From positions 64,001 through 128,000 of the IMG/VR virus record IMGVR_UViG_3300028883_000033: a stretch of DNA of 64,000 nt. One strand, given 5' to 3'. Under the pieces are notes generated by a model. The model saw only the letters and a program-made list of their open reading frames with translations, did not search any database and was not told where the DNA came from. This document shows positions 39,601 through 47,738 of this stretch, one piece after another. This DNA is from a virus. Each line of letters starts with the position of its first letter. Positions within the stretch are counted from its first letter, which is position 1. Both the position numbers and the translations under genes were made by a program.

Positions 39601-40743
39601 ATCGAAATCACCAACACAGCAGCTAACACAGCTGGTACAGAAGCGATCACTTTCAATGTAACTCAGGGTTCCGGTTCAGGTCTTGATGCTGATACGGTTG
39701 ATGGTGTTGAAGCAGCTGATATCGCACAACTGGATGTGGCAAACATATTCACTGAAGACCAGGCAATCAGAAACACATCTCCGGAGTTGAAACTTCAGAA
39801 TACCGACGTAACCGGTAACTCTGTCATTTGGTTCCAAGACGCTACGGGGGCGGTGGCTGGTGATGCAGCGATTTTCTACAATCCTCCTGGAGATTTCTTG
39901 CGCGAACAAGTATATACATCTAATCATACTGACCTGGCGACATACATCACGCAGTACAGGTCTGGTATTATTACGTTCGGCGCTGGTGGGTCGAACGGAT
40001 CCAATGCTACTGAAGTAATGCGGATCAACGCCAATGGTGAGCTGCAGATTGGTAACGCCACTGACCTGGGCGATTACAAACTCCAGGTTACAGGCGATAT
40101 CTACTCCACGACCAATGTGCGCACTAATAACTATGCGATGATCGGATCGGATAGTGGTAATGGGTTCCACATGGAATGGGATACCACCAATTCTCGCTTC
40201 AAGCACCACTTGACGTACAATGACGGTGGCGGTAACTGGAATATGCGCATTGGTCACATATACTCCGGTGGCTTGGTTTGTACTGAAGCATCATACCCGT
40301 TCGCTATGGTTCATAATCAGACCAACGGCAATATGATCTTCTATACTACCAGCACAGCATATGCTGTTAACGATTCCGTAGCATTTAACAACACATTTAC
40401 GTTTGCCCCCACTGGTGACTTTACGGCATCGGGCAACGTAACGGCTTATTCTGACATTCGTCACAAAACAGCAATTGAAAACATCGACAATGCGTTGGAT
40501 AAAGTCAAAGCTATCCGTGGCGTCACGTATGAACGTATTCACGGCAACAAAGGCGAAAGAGAAGCAGGTGTTATTGCTCAGGAAGTCGAGAAAGTGTTGC
40601 CCGAAGTCATCCGCGAAGATGGAGATGGCATGAAGTCAGTTGCTTATGGCAATATGGTTGGTTTGCTAATTGAAGCAATCAAAGAACAGCAGGAACAGAT
40701 TGACGCATTGAAAGCAGAAGTCGCCTCTCTGAAAGGAGAATAA
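36700..40743 (+). CDS. Long tail fibre with C-terminal intramolecular chaperone (peptidase S74)
   Basis: DT.PQLGGDLD.NG x2, DIPNK.YVD x3, GSGSGLDADTVDG x3; SDIRHK, GVIAQEVE.VLPE, V.YGNMVGLLIEAIKE. Confidence 0.88.
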   Translation: MKHYGFENPEGSSLKNITAPSGTAFPSGTENAGELFFRTDESKLYCYNGSGWVDLAASAVGISDIVSDTTPQLGGDLDLNGHNITGDATFTGVVTIEQASPAIKIIDTDNATAGYHTINTTGTNGQNFNISIDPTNEETNSKLNVWIDGTTVFTIANDGTLEAVTPTYENLVLDDNDIPNKKYVDDKVISGALQNVVEDTSPQLGGDLDVNGNSIISSLQGGNIAVVSGDNASGSAGSVIISTGFGTADNGTIEFNIGSTLALEIETDGTLSTNVVSYESLIVDNNDIPNKKYVDDAIDTAVDTAVTANPFVISGLIPTLKIIETDATADNKNWSLKANDEELYFQALTDADSGGGNVIAITRAAQQINTLEFRQAGVTWAKFDNVDKEVTITGSVWIDDPNVLFNLDDIVAPDGYAFKRITTNDGGGNLNIRNGIYYDGGFKYATAADGGAFLTLGGELATGDDHGTVTLGAYKANTGSAGDAAGNPTTRLSLRDVIRMSMDDTDVFKVDTDGTISAGDTVNYKDLVIDDNDIPNKAYVDAVAQGLSTRAAANAATTAAITATYSAGTGSPEIGIGSTLTGTSNGALPAQDGVTLGLNDRLLVKNQGGGSPDLSYQNGIYYLSQVGDAGNPFILTRCLCTDENDEVSGAYTFIQDGNTYQSTGWVLQVDDPTTFQIGTDAITAVQFSAAGSYTAGSNIDITGNAISVVDGSGSGLDADTVDGIEAASFLRSDTSDTAIGTLTFTNTVSLERANPFIQFVDTDGVVDDKTARLYWYENGFLFRSMYDNNTTKANILKLDDSAFLYLDNVIWHAGNDGSGSGLDADTVDGLEASQLVRGDAVDHAADVIIRVDDADFAVEDSTETTFKYIFRDHSAGLLYLGLEPSESVGTGAFLTFRSGVDFGGYDSYGMNFLTFTNSEPSQLTADGQVGFDSSRGLILYRTQHVGQESGDGGYTVLDTSNITGGTNIEITNTAANTAGTEAITFNVTQGSGSGLDADTVDGVEAADIAQLDVANIFTEDQAIRNTSPELKLQNTDVTGNSVIWFQDATGAVAGDAAIFYNPPGDFLREQVYTSNHTDLATYITQYRSGIITFGAGGSNGSNATEVMRINANGELQIGNATDLGDYKLQVTGDIYSTTNVRTNNYAMIGSDSGNGFHMEWDTTNSRFKHHLTYNDGGGNWNMRIGHIYSGGLVCTEASYPFAMVHNQTNGNMIFYTTSTAYAVNDSVAFNNTFTFAPTGDFTASGNVTAYSDIRHKTAIENIDNALDKVKAIRGVTYERIHGNKGEREAGVIAQEVEKVLPEVIREDGDGMKSVAYGNMVGLLIEAIKEQQEQIDALKAEVASLKGE

Positions 40744-40762
40744 GGGGCCGAAGCCCCTTATT
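40739..40762. terminator. Terminator hairpin between convergent genes
   Basis: AATAAGGGGC-CGAA-GCCCCTTATT (UUCG loop on the - strand). Confidence 0.8.
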
Positions 40763-40766
40763 CCGA

Positions 40767-41015
40767 TCATTTCTCGTTTTCGAGCTTTTCGATCAGTGCG
40801 TTAGCTTCCTGGATCGTTTTAGGAGTGCTATACGCAGGATCGCATTGAATGCTATTGATCAAATAGCAGAAGTCTACTTGGTAGTCGTAGAACACCGAGC
40901 CTTTGGGTTCAGACATTTTCCCGCCGGCCTTGTAAAGTGCGTTAGCAAACGCACGGTTGAGATATTCGACAACACGATCGGTGTCGATTTTCTTTTCGCC
41001 TCTGTTCGGCTTCAT
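40767..41015 (-). CDS. Hypothetical protein
   Basis: 82 aa, AGGAG SD. Confidence 0.65.
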   Translation of the reverse strand: MKPNRGEKKIDTDRVVEYLNRAFANALYKAGGKMSEPKGSVFYDYQVDFCYLINSIQCDPAYSTPKTIQEANALIEKLENEK

Positions 41016-41048
41016 ACCGAATCTCCTTTTGTTTAGAGGTGAGTGGGA

Positions 41049-41216
41049 TTACCAGAAGAATTTCTTCAGGCGGTGAAGCGGTTGGTATTTTCCGTCTTCT
41101 TTTTCGCCAAAGGCAACGATCAGAAGCACCGAGCCGATGACGGCCCCGAAAAATAAACCCATGTGACCAGCAATAAACGCACCAGCTTGTGCATCGGTGA
41201 AAAGTAGGTTCTCCAT
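41049..41216 (-). CDS. Small membrane protein (55 aa, not in ORF track)
   Basis: MENLLFTDAQAGAFIAGHMGLFFGAVIGSVLLIVAFGEKE...KKFFW; AGGA SD. Confidence 0.55.
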   Translation of the reverse strand: MENLLFTDAQAGAFIAGHMGLFFGAVIGSVLLIVAFGEKEDGKYQPLHRLKKFFW

Positions 41217-41292
41217 CTATATGTTCCTATGTGATTATGAACCCTTGACACTAGTGGTAGTGCCCCCAACGCGCCATTCGCGCGATATATCT

Positions 41293-41320
41293 ATTATCAG
41301 TTTTTCTTATTCGATGTCAA
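41293..41320 (-). promoter_or_regulatory. Sigma70-like promoter
   Basis: TTGACA-16-GATAAT. Confidence 0.55.
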
Positions 41321-41545
41321 CGGCTTTCTGTGTTCCAAAAACATTTGTGTTTCAAGGGTATTCTCAAAATCCGCAAGGATTGCATAGGCCCTATCATACA
41401 TGTCCCCTATAACATCGGGGTCAGAAACCACTTGTTCTGTTTCTTCCACGAATGTTAGAAGATGGAACTCTAGGTAGCCGAGAAAGGCTTCAATTTGATT
41501 TGCATTCATGTAAAGTACATTACTCAAAATTATATTAGTGTTCAA
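41297..41545 (-). CDS. Hypothetical protein
   Basis: 82 aa with TTG start; exact start uncertain. Confidence 0.45.
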   Translation of the reverse strand: MNTNIILSNVLYMNANQIEAFLGYLEFHLLTFVEETEQVVSDPDVIGDMYDRAYAILADFENTLETQMFLEHRKPLTSNKKN

Positions 41546-41578
41546 CGATCACAATACCGTTGATTAAAAACACAAAAA

Positions 41579-41616
41579 TATTTATCATTGACAGATATAA
41601 CAACAATAAGTAAATA
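41579..41616. promoter_or_regulatory. Divergent promoter region
   Basis: + strand TTGACA(41588)-17-TAAATA(41611); - strand TAAATA at 41579-41584. Confidence 0.6.
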
Positions 41617-41631
41617 GGACTCACGCATCAT

Positions 41632-42045
41632 ATGAAAGAAAAGCACAAACATGCTCACATGCGTTCGGCGTTTGTATATGCTGACCTATCCTACTGCAAA
41701 AGAAAGCAGGTAGGATGTGTGATTGTTAAGGATGACAATCCAATTGCAGTGGGCTACAACGGTACACCATCAGGAGAGGAAAATGTCTGCGAGGATGATG
41801 AAGGATTCACTAAACCAAACGTTATTCATGCAGAGGATAACGCTCTTCGTAAACTTACCCGAAGTCACGAATCTTCTGTAGGCGCGCACGTGTTTATCAC
41901 GGCAGCGCCTTGCATTCGTTGTGCTGAAAAACTGAAGGATGCTAAAGTAGCAAAAGTATATTACGCCGAGGTATATGGAGGCCACACGGAAGGGCTGGTA
42001 TATCTCGAGAAACACAACATAGAAACTGAATTAGTAGAACAATAA
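41632..42045 (+). CDS. dCMP deaminase
   Basis: S.C.R.QVG, GYNG.P, HAE.NA, PC..C. Confidence 0.93.
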   Translation: MKEKHKHAHMRSAFVYADLSYCKRKQVGCVIVKDDNPIAVGYNGTPSGEENVCEDDEGFTKPNVIHAEDNALRKLTRSHESSVGAHVFITAAPCIRCAEKLKDAKVAKVYYAEVYGGHTEGLVYLEKHNIETELVEQ

Positions 42046-42064
42046 TAAAACGGGAGCCGCATAG

Positions 42065-44407
42065 ATGGTATTTGATGACTTGACCGTCACTAAGCGTGAC
42101 GGGCGCGTTGAACCTTTTGACCTAGAAAAGATTCACAAAGTGTTATTCTGGGCATGTGAAGACATAGCCAACGTGTCCGTATCGGAAATTGAAGTCCGAA
42201 CGCACATGCAACTGTACAACAAAATCCCCACTTCTGAGATCCATGAAACTATTATCAAGTCGGCCGCCGACCTGATATCTGAAGAATATCCTAATTATCA
42301 ATTTGTAGCAGCACGTTTGGTTCTGTTTACGCTGCGCAAACAGGTATATCATAGGTTTGAACCCCCATATCTCGTTGATCATGTTAAGAAGAACGTAGGC
42401 CTTGGAGTGTATGATGGGGCACTGTTGGACAAATACGATGAGTCTGAATGGGAAAAGCTCGATAAGATAGTAAACCACAATCGTGATTGGTTGTTGACAT
42501 ACGCCGCAACAGAACAATTCCGAGGAAAGTATCTTGTTCAAGATCGTACGACACATACGTATTATGAAACCCCTCAGATGGCGTATATCTTAATTGCAGC
42601 CACCCTTTTTGCTGATTATCCTAGTGACATTCGGCTGCAATATATCAAAGATTATTATGATGCAATCTCTAAAGGACCAAAGTCGACAATTACACTACCT
42701 ACGCCAATTCTCGCCGGCGTCCGCACGCCAACGCGTCAATTCAGTTCTTGTGTGTTAATTGAATCTGGTGACAGCCTTGACAGTATCAACGAAACTGCAT
42801 CGGCTATTGTGGATTATGCATCGCGCCGTGCTGGCATTGGCATTAACGCTGGTCGGATTCGCGCAAAAGGATCCAAAGTGCGAGGGGGTGAAATCTTTCA
42901 CACAGGTAACATTCCATTCTACAAATATTTCCATGCGGCACTGAAGTCCTGCTCACAGGGCGGTGTGCGTGGAGCTTCTGCCACTACATATTACCCTTTG
43001 TGGCACCTGGAAGCTGAAGATTTAATCGTTCTAAAGAACAACAAAGGAACAGACGAATCTCGTGTTCGTCACATGGACTATGGTGTTCAGCTGAACGGAT
43101 ACCTGTATCAGCGGTTGATCAAGAATGAACAAATTACTTTGTTCAGTCCTAATGAAGTTCCAGATCTGTATGACGCATTCTTTACTGACCAGAAAAAATT
43201 TGCCGAACTGTATGAAAAGTATGAGCGAGCGCATTCAGTCCGTAAAAAAGTAGTTCCAGCGCTTGAACATTTCAATAACATGTTAATAGAGCGCAATAAT
43301 ACAGGCCGCATTTACATCCACAATGTTGATCATACAAACGAGCACGGCGCCTTTTTGGACACCAGCCCGGTCCGTATGTCCAACCTATGTGTTGAAATTA
43401 CCCTACCAACCGAACAGCTAACACGCAAGAGTCGTATTCCGTTCATCAAGAAATTTGTAGAGGATGTGTGGGATCTGTCTTGTCAGGATTTTCGTAAGGA
43501 ATACGGTGAGATCGCTCTCTGTACCCTAAGTTCCCTCAACTGGGGCGCAATGTCTTCACCGGCTGATTTCGAAAAGCCAGCTGAGTTAGCAGTAAGAGCT
43601 CTTGAAGAGTTGTTGGATTATCAGGACTATCCTATGCTCGCAGCAGGTGTTCCAGCCAAGAAACGCAGATCGTTGGGGGTTGGCGTAAGTAACCTAGCGT
43701 ACTTCCTTGCTAAGCATGGCCGCAAATATTCTGATGGATCTGCGAATGACTTGGTTAATGAATATGCTGAAGCAATGTCGTACTATTTGATCAAAGCATC
43801 CGTCACGCTTGCCAAAGAAAAGGGCGCATGTGATTGGTTTGATGAAACCAAATATTCTAAGGGTATTCTTCCAATTGACACATATAAAGCGGCAGTTAAT
43901 GACATAGTCGGTTCTGAGCTAAAATGTGATTGGGAGGCTCTCAGAAAAGATATTGCCGAATTTGGTATGCGGCACTCAACACTGATGGCACTAATGCCTG
44001 TTGAATCTAGTTCACAGGTTATCAACGCTACAAACGGTATGGAGCCACCTCGAAGCATGGTATCAATTAAGGGATCTAAAGACGGAACACTCCGTCAAGT
44101 TGTTCCGGAGATTATGCGACTAAAGAACAAGTATGAGTACCTGTGGGATATGCCACATACTCGTGGCTACTTAGAAATCGCCGCTATATTCCAGAAATAT
44201 ACTGACCAGTCGATTTCCACCAATACATCATATAATCCAGCAAATTATCCAGGAAACAAGGTCCCGATGTCTGAACTAATAAAGGACCTAGTTTATGCAT
44301 ACAAGCTGGGCATTAAAACATTATATTACCAAAACACAGACGACGGCTCTGGCGACGTGTGGGATCCTGATAAGAAACAGGATGACTGCGAATCGTGCAA
44401 GCTGTAA
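42065..44407 (+). CDS. nrdA: Ribonucleotide reductase class Ia alpha subunit
   Basis: ATP cone VTKRDG, SSCVL, SNLCVEI, IALCTL, KTLYY, C-terminal CESC. Confidence 0.97.
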   Translation: MVFDDLTVTKRDGRVEPFDLEKIHKVLFWACEDIANVSVSEIEVRTHMQLYNKIPTSEIHETIIKSAADLISEEYPNYQFVAARLVLFTLRKQVYHRFEPPYLVDHVKKNVGLGVYDGALLDKYDESEWEKLDKIVNHNRDWLLTYAATEQFRGKYLVQDRTTHTYYETPQMAYILIAATLFADYPSDIRLQYIKDYYDAISKGPKSTITLPTPILAGVRTPTRQFSSCVLIESGDSLDSINETASAIVDYASRRAGIGINAGRIRAKGSKVRGGEIFHTGNIPFYKYFHAALKSCSQGGVRGASATTYYPLWHLEAEDLIVLKNNKGTDESRVRHMDYGVQLNGYLYQRLIKNEQITLFSPNEVPDLYDAFFTDQKKFAELYEKYERAHSVRKKVVPALEHFNNMLIERNNTGRIYIHNVDHTNEHGAFLDTSPVRMSNLCVEITLPTEQLTRKSRIPFIKKFVEDVWDLSCQDFRKEYGEIALCTLSSLNWGAMSSPADFEKPAELAVRALEELLDYQDYPMLAAGVPAKKRRSLGVGVSNLAYFLAKHGRKYSDGSANDLVNEYAEAMSYYLIKASVTLAKEKGACDWFDETKYSKGILPIDTYKAAVNDIVGSELKCDWEALRKDIAEFGMRHSTLMALMPVESSSQVINATNGMEPPRSMVSIKGSKDGTLRQVVPEIMRLKNKYEYLWDMPHTRGYLEIAAIFQKYTDQSISTNTSYNPANYPGNKVPMSELIKDLVYAYKLGIKTLYYQNTDDGSGDVWDPDKKQDDCESCKL

Positions 44408-44419
44408 GAGGATAGAGAC

Positions 44420-45541
44420 ATGACAAGTGTAGTTTTTAATCAGGATGCTACTGACCATCTCAAGGCAAAATTATTCCTTGATGAAGGTGGAAACCCTGAA
44501 ATTCAGCGGTACGAACAAGTACGCTACGACACGTTGGAAAATTTTGTTGATAAGCAGCTGAGTTTTTTCTGGCGCCCTGAAGAAGTCGACCTATCGAAAG
44601 ATAAGAACGACTTCCGTGATTTGCCGGAAGCTCAACAGCATATTTTTACGTCGAATCTATTCCGTCAGATCCTCCTAGACAGTGTCCAGGGCCGCGGCCC
44701 TAATATGACGCTGTTGCCGATCTGTTCTCTGCCAGAAATGGAAGATTGGATCACGAACTGGTCCTTCAATGAGACGCTACATTCGCGTGCATACACCCAC
44801 GTTATCCGCAATGTATATTCAAACCCATCGCAAGTGATTGACGAAATTACGAAGATTCCCGAGATCCTGCAATGTGCCGCTGCTGTATCCAAGCACTACG
44901 ATCAGCTGGCATATTGGAACGCAATCTGGCAAGCACGCCGGTTGGGCGTTGATGTTAATTCAGCATATGACGAATACGAACACAAGAAGTCGCTGTGGAT
45001 GACTTTAAATTCTATCAATGCTCTGGAAGGTCTTCGGTTTTATGTATCGTTCGCATGCTCGTGGAATTTCGCCGAACAGAAAAAGATGGAAGGAAATGCA
45101 AAAATTATCCGATTGATTTGTCGGGATGAAAATCTGCATCTCGGCAGCACACAATATATACTACGTACCCTTCCTAAGGATGACAAAATATACAAGGATA
45201 TTGCTGCAAAAACAAAAGATGATGTAATGCAGTTATTCTTGGATGTTGTCCAGCAGGAGAAGGACTGGGCCACATACCTGTTCAAGTACGGCTCGATGAT
45301 TGGATTGAATGCTGAGATTCTTCATCAGTACGTGGAGTGGATTGCTTCTCGCCGTATGAGAACAATCGATTTGGACGTACCGTTCAATCATCCAACATCT
45401 GATCCACTACCTTGGACGAAAAACTGGATTTCTGGCAAAGAAGTGCAGTATGCCCCACAAGAATCGGAGATTGCGTCCTACTTGATCTCCGATGTTGAAC
45501 AAGACGTTGACGCATCCACACTGGATGGACTAAGTTTATAA
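44420..45541 (+). CDS. nrdB: Ribonucleotide reductase class Ia beta subunit
   Basis: FFWRPEE, DSVQ, ETLHSRAY, EGLRFY, RDE.LH, APQE.EI.SY. Confidence 0.97.
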   Translation: MTSVVFNQDATDHLKAKLFLDEGGNPEIQRYEQVRYDTLENFVDKQLSFFWRPEEVDLSKDKNDFRDLPEAQQHIFTSNLFRQILLDSVQGRGPNMTLLPICSLPEMEDWITNWSFNETLHSRAYTHVIRNVYSNPSQVIDEITKIPEILQCAAAVSKHYDQLAYWNAIWQARRLGVDVNSAYDEYEHKKSLWMTLNSINALEGLRFYVSFACSWNFAEQKKMEGNAKIIRLICRDENLHLGSTQYILRTLPKDDKIYKDIAAKTKDDVMQLFLDVVQQEKDWATYLFKYGSMIGLNAEILHQYVEWIASRRMRTIDLDVPFNHPTSDPLPWTKNWISGKEVQYAPQESEIASYLISDVEQDVDASTLDGLSL

Positions 45542-45555
45542 GGAGATTAACACAA

Positions 45556-45816
45556 ATGGATATCACTGTTTTCGGAACCCCTATTTGCCCCAACTGCAAG
45601 AATGTAACATCATTCCTCGATTCCGCTGGTGTAGGATACAAATACAAAACGATTGGTGAGGATGTTGATAAATCGGATGTTGATGCGTTGGTGGGCCGTT
45701 CTGTGCGATCCGTGCCTGTGATTGTCTCTAACGGTTCTGAAGTGTCATTTGAGGACCTACGCCGCCAGGTTTCAGTGTCTGAAATGACGAGTACGTTAGC
45801 TGCATTGGAGTTATAA
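45556..45816 (+). CDS. Glutaredoxin
   Basis: CPNC and RSVP motifs, directly after nrdB. Confidence 0.85.
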   Translation: MDITVFGTPICPNCKNVTSFLDSAGVGYKYKTIGEDVDKSDVDALVGRSVRSVPVIVSNGSEVSFEDLRRQVSVSEMTSTLAALEL

Positions 45817-46335
45817 TCCAATTTCCTTTAATTGACGTATGGTGTCCTCAGCTGATGTGTGGAGGACACCAATCCCTCCAGCCTCCATCCAAGGATTGAT
45901 AGCTTTCATTTTATCGTCTATGAGGATGTGATTAGGCGCGGCGTGTTGAGCCTTCTCCGCAGCACGTATGGTCGTATTGACGACAACGTCCTCGCCAAGA
46001 TAGTTATTGACCCATCGACGCTTTTGGTCATGCCCTCCGAACTTTGGATCGCCTGTGGCTGACAAAATTTCAGCAGGCCCGTGTGGAGAAATATATTCCC
46101 ACAACTGGAAAGCGTCTTCCATAGGCTGAGCATCATACCACAATTCCCCTCCGTGGGTGAATTGGTATTCGGTGGCGACGTGCCACATCATATCTCGAGT
46201 GGCTTGATCTGTTTCGTATAGTTTTTCTGAATACGGAAGACGGTAGCCGAGAACAACATCCATAATGCGGCCGACCCCGCCCGCGAAGTCCACAAGGACT
46301 CCGTCCATATCACAGAAAATTTTATACTGCATCAA
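45811..46335 (-). CDS. HAD 5'(3')-deoxyribonucleotidase-like
   Basis: DMDGVLVDF, K..W, LIDD, W..AGG.G. Confidence 0.85.
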   Translation of the reverse strand: MMQYKIFCDMDGVLVDFAGGVGRIMDVVLGYRLPYSEKLYETDQATRDMMWHVATEYQFTHGGELWYDAQPMEDAFQLWEYISPHGPAEILSATGDPKFGGHDQKRRWVNNYLGEDVVVNTTIRAAEKAQHAAPNHILIDDKMKAINPWMEAGGIGVLHTSAEDTIRQLKEIGL

Positions 46336-46583
46336 TAATAGTCGTCGTATGTTTGCTTTCCGTGTCCGAAACCTTCGGTGTAATCCATTTCGTCCTGTTC
46401 GAAGCTGAAGTCAGCCCACTCTCCTATGGAGATGAACGAACGATTATATGTTGGATCGAAGACTGAACCGTCCTCTTTGATTTCGATACCGTAAATTCTT
46501 TCTACTTCATCACGAGAAAGATTTTTTACGTCATTGACCACATGCGTCACTTCGTGCGCGTGAATGTGGTGGTGTCGGCTCAT
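46332..46583 (-). CDS. Hypothetical protein with His-rich N-terminus
   Basis: MSRHHHIHAHE; GAGG SD. Confidence 0.6.
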   Translation of the reverse strand: MSRHHHIHAHEVTHVVNDVKNLSRDEVERIYGIEIKEDGSVFDPTYNRSFISIGEWADFSFEQDEMDYTEGFGHGKQTYDDYY

Positions 46584-46609
46584 TATGCACCTCTGCGTTA
46601 GCCTTAGGG

Positions 46610-46867
46610 TTACAGTGCCAGGATCGTTAGGATTCCGGCGGATACGGCAAGGTTGATGATACCCAAAATGAGGTTAACAGTCAACAGCTTGCGGTTTTTG
46701 GAAAGTAGTTCAGTGGTCTCAATGTGGCGTGCCTCTGAGTTCCGGGCTAGGTCCTCGGCAACAGCCAGTGTTGTTAGTGATACGTCGACAGCTTCGCGAG
46801 CTGTATTCGCAGCACGTTGAACTTCTTCTTTAGTGACATTCGGTAGGTCGTCCGAATATGATTTCAT
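46610..46867 (-). CDS. Coiled-coil protein with C-terminal TM
   Basis: Hydrophobic last 25 aa. Confidence 0.6.
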   Translation of the reverse strand: MKSYSDDLPNVTKEEVQRAANTAREAVDVSLTTLAVAEDLARNSEARHIETTELLSKNRKLLTVNLILGIINLAVSAGILTILAL

Positions 46868-47109
46868 TTTGCGAGTACTCCAACTATAGTCTTTAGTATA
46901 TTGAATGCTTGTATGATTTTTATCTTGCGTTCTAACGTGTCCGACATCCGTCGAACTTCGTCCACTTCGAGTAGATCGTTGACCAACTCTTCGAACTGTT
47001 CTTTTGACAGATCGTCGTTATATAGGCCATCATTTAAAACAGAAATTTGTTGCGCAGCTTCGCGTATAATAGGGTCTTCGTGATTGAGAAAATCTTCTAA
47101 ACGTTCCAT
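46864..47109 (-). CDS. Hypothetical helical protein
   Basis: 81 aa, in an operon with the lipoprotein. Confidence 0.6.
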   Translation of the reverse strand: MERLEDFLNHEDPIIREAAQQISVLNDGLYNDDLSKEQFEELVNDLLEVDEVRRMSDTLERKIKIIQAFNILKTIVGVLAK

Positions 47110-47115
47110 GTTGAC

Positions 47116-47511
47116 TTACCTCGCCTTTTGGGCAACAGCTTCCAGAGCCGTGCGAACTTTCTTCAAGAACAGCTGAGATTTTAGCGTGCAGTAGGTCTTG
47201 GTGGCTGCGTCCTTTTCGTATTGCGCCTTGAACTCTAAAACATCACCCTTGAGAATGTCAGCAATTCCATAAACTTCAGTGTTTCGGGGGGTGTAGAAAG
47301 TATATGTGTGGAGCAGGCGAGCGTTGTATTCAAGCTCGGGAATATAAGACCGCACGACATCGTTATTGCCGCAGTTCTCGTTAATTAGAACCACCGAAGT
47401 TTCTAAACGAGCGAGAATTTCATACTCGTTGTTATCGTAGCTCTGCGGGACCATAGCACATCCCGATAGCACTGTAACCGCTAGAATGGTGGAAAGTAGT
47501 ATGTTCTTCAT
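47116..47511 (-). CDS. Lipoprotein
   Basis: Signal peptide with lipobox LSG-C; YDNNEY; two further Cys; ATG 5 nt after TAAATA (47517-47522). Confidence 0.75.
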   Translation of the reverse strand: MKNILLSTILAVTVLSGCAMVPQSYDNNEYEILARLETSVVLINENCGNNDVVRSYIPELEYNARLLHTYTFYTPRNTEVYGIADILKGDVLEFKAQYEKDAATKTYCTLKSQLFLKKVRTALEAVAQKAR

Positions 47512-47519
47512 ACAACTAT

Positions 47520-47738
47520 TTAGTCGATTCGATTACCATCTTCATCGTAATGTCCGAGAACTTGCTGTTTTCCCGCCAGAACGGCACTTCGCAACTTCAT
47601 CTCAGCGCGGTTTAGGTTCCCATCACAATCATCCAGATCGATAAAGAACACCCATCTCCACTCCCCATCAGACAGAATCTGTTTCTGCGCGATCAGATCG
47701 CCGTTACCATCTTCGACTATACGGTAACTATACATCAT
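47520..47738 (-). CDS. Hypothetical protein
   Basis: Probable start MMYSYRIVE overlapping the topoisomerase stop. Confidence 0.5.
   Translation of the reverse strand: MMYSYRIVEDGNGDLIAQKQILSDGEWRWVFFIDLDDCDGNLNRAEMKLRSAVLAGKQQVLGHYDEDGNRID

Noticed and set aside
38828-39706. Three near-identical ~40-bp repeats as a DGR or invertible system
   Set aside because: They encode the common GSGSGLDADTVDG fibre motif with synonymous differences; no reverse transcriptase or invertase is present.
21776-45541. Introns or inteins in pol, helicase, nrdA, nrdB
   Set aside because: All are continuous ORFs of normal length without splicing or homing-endonuclease motifs.
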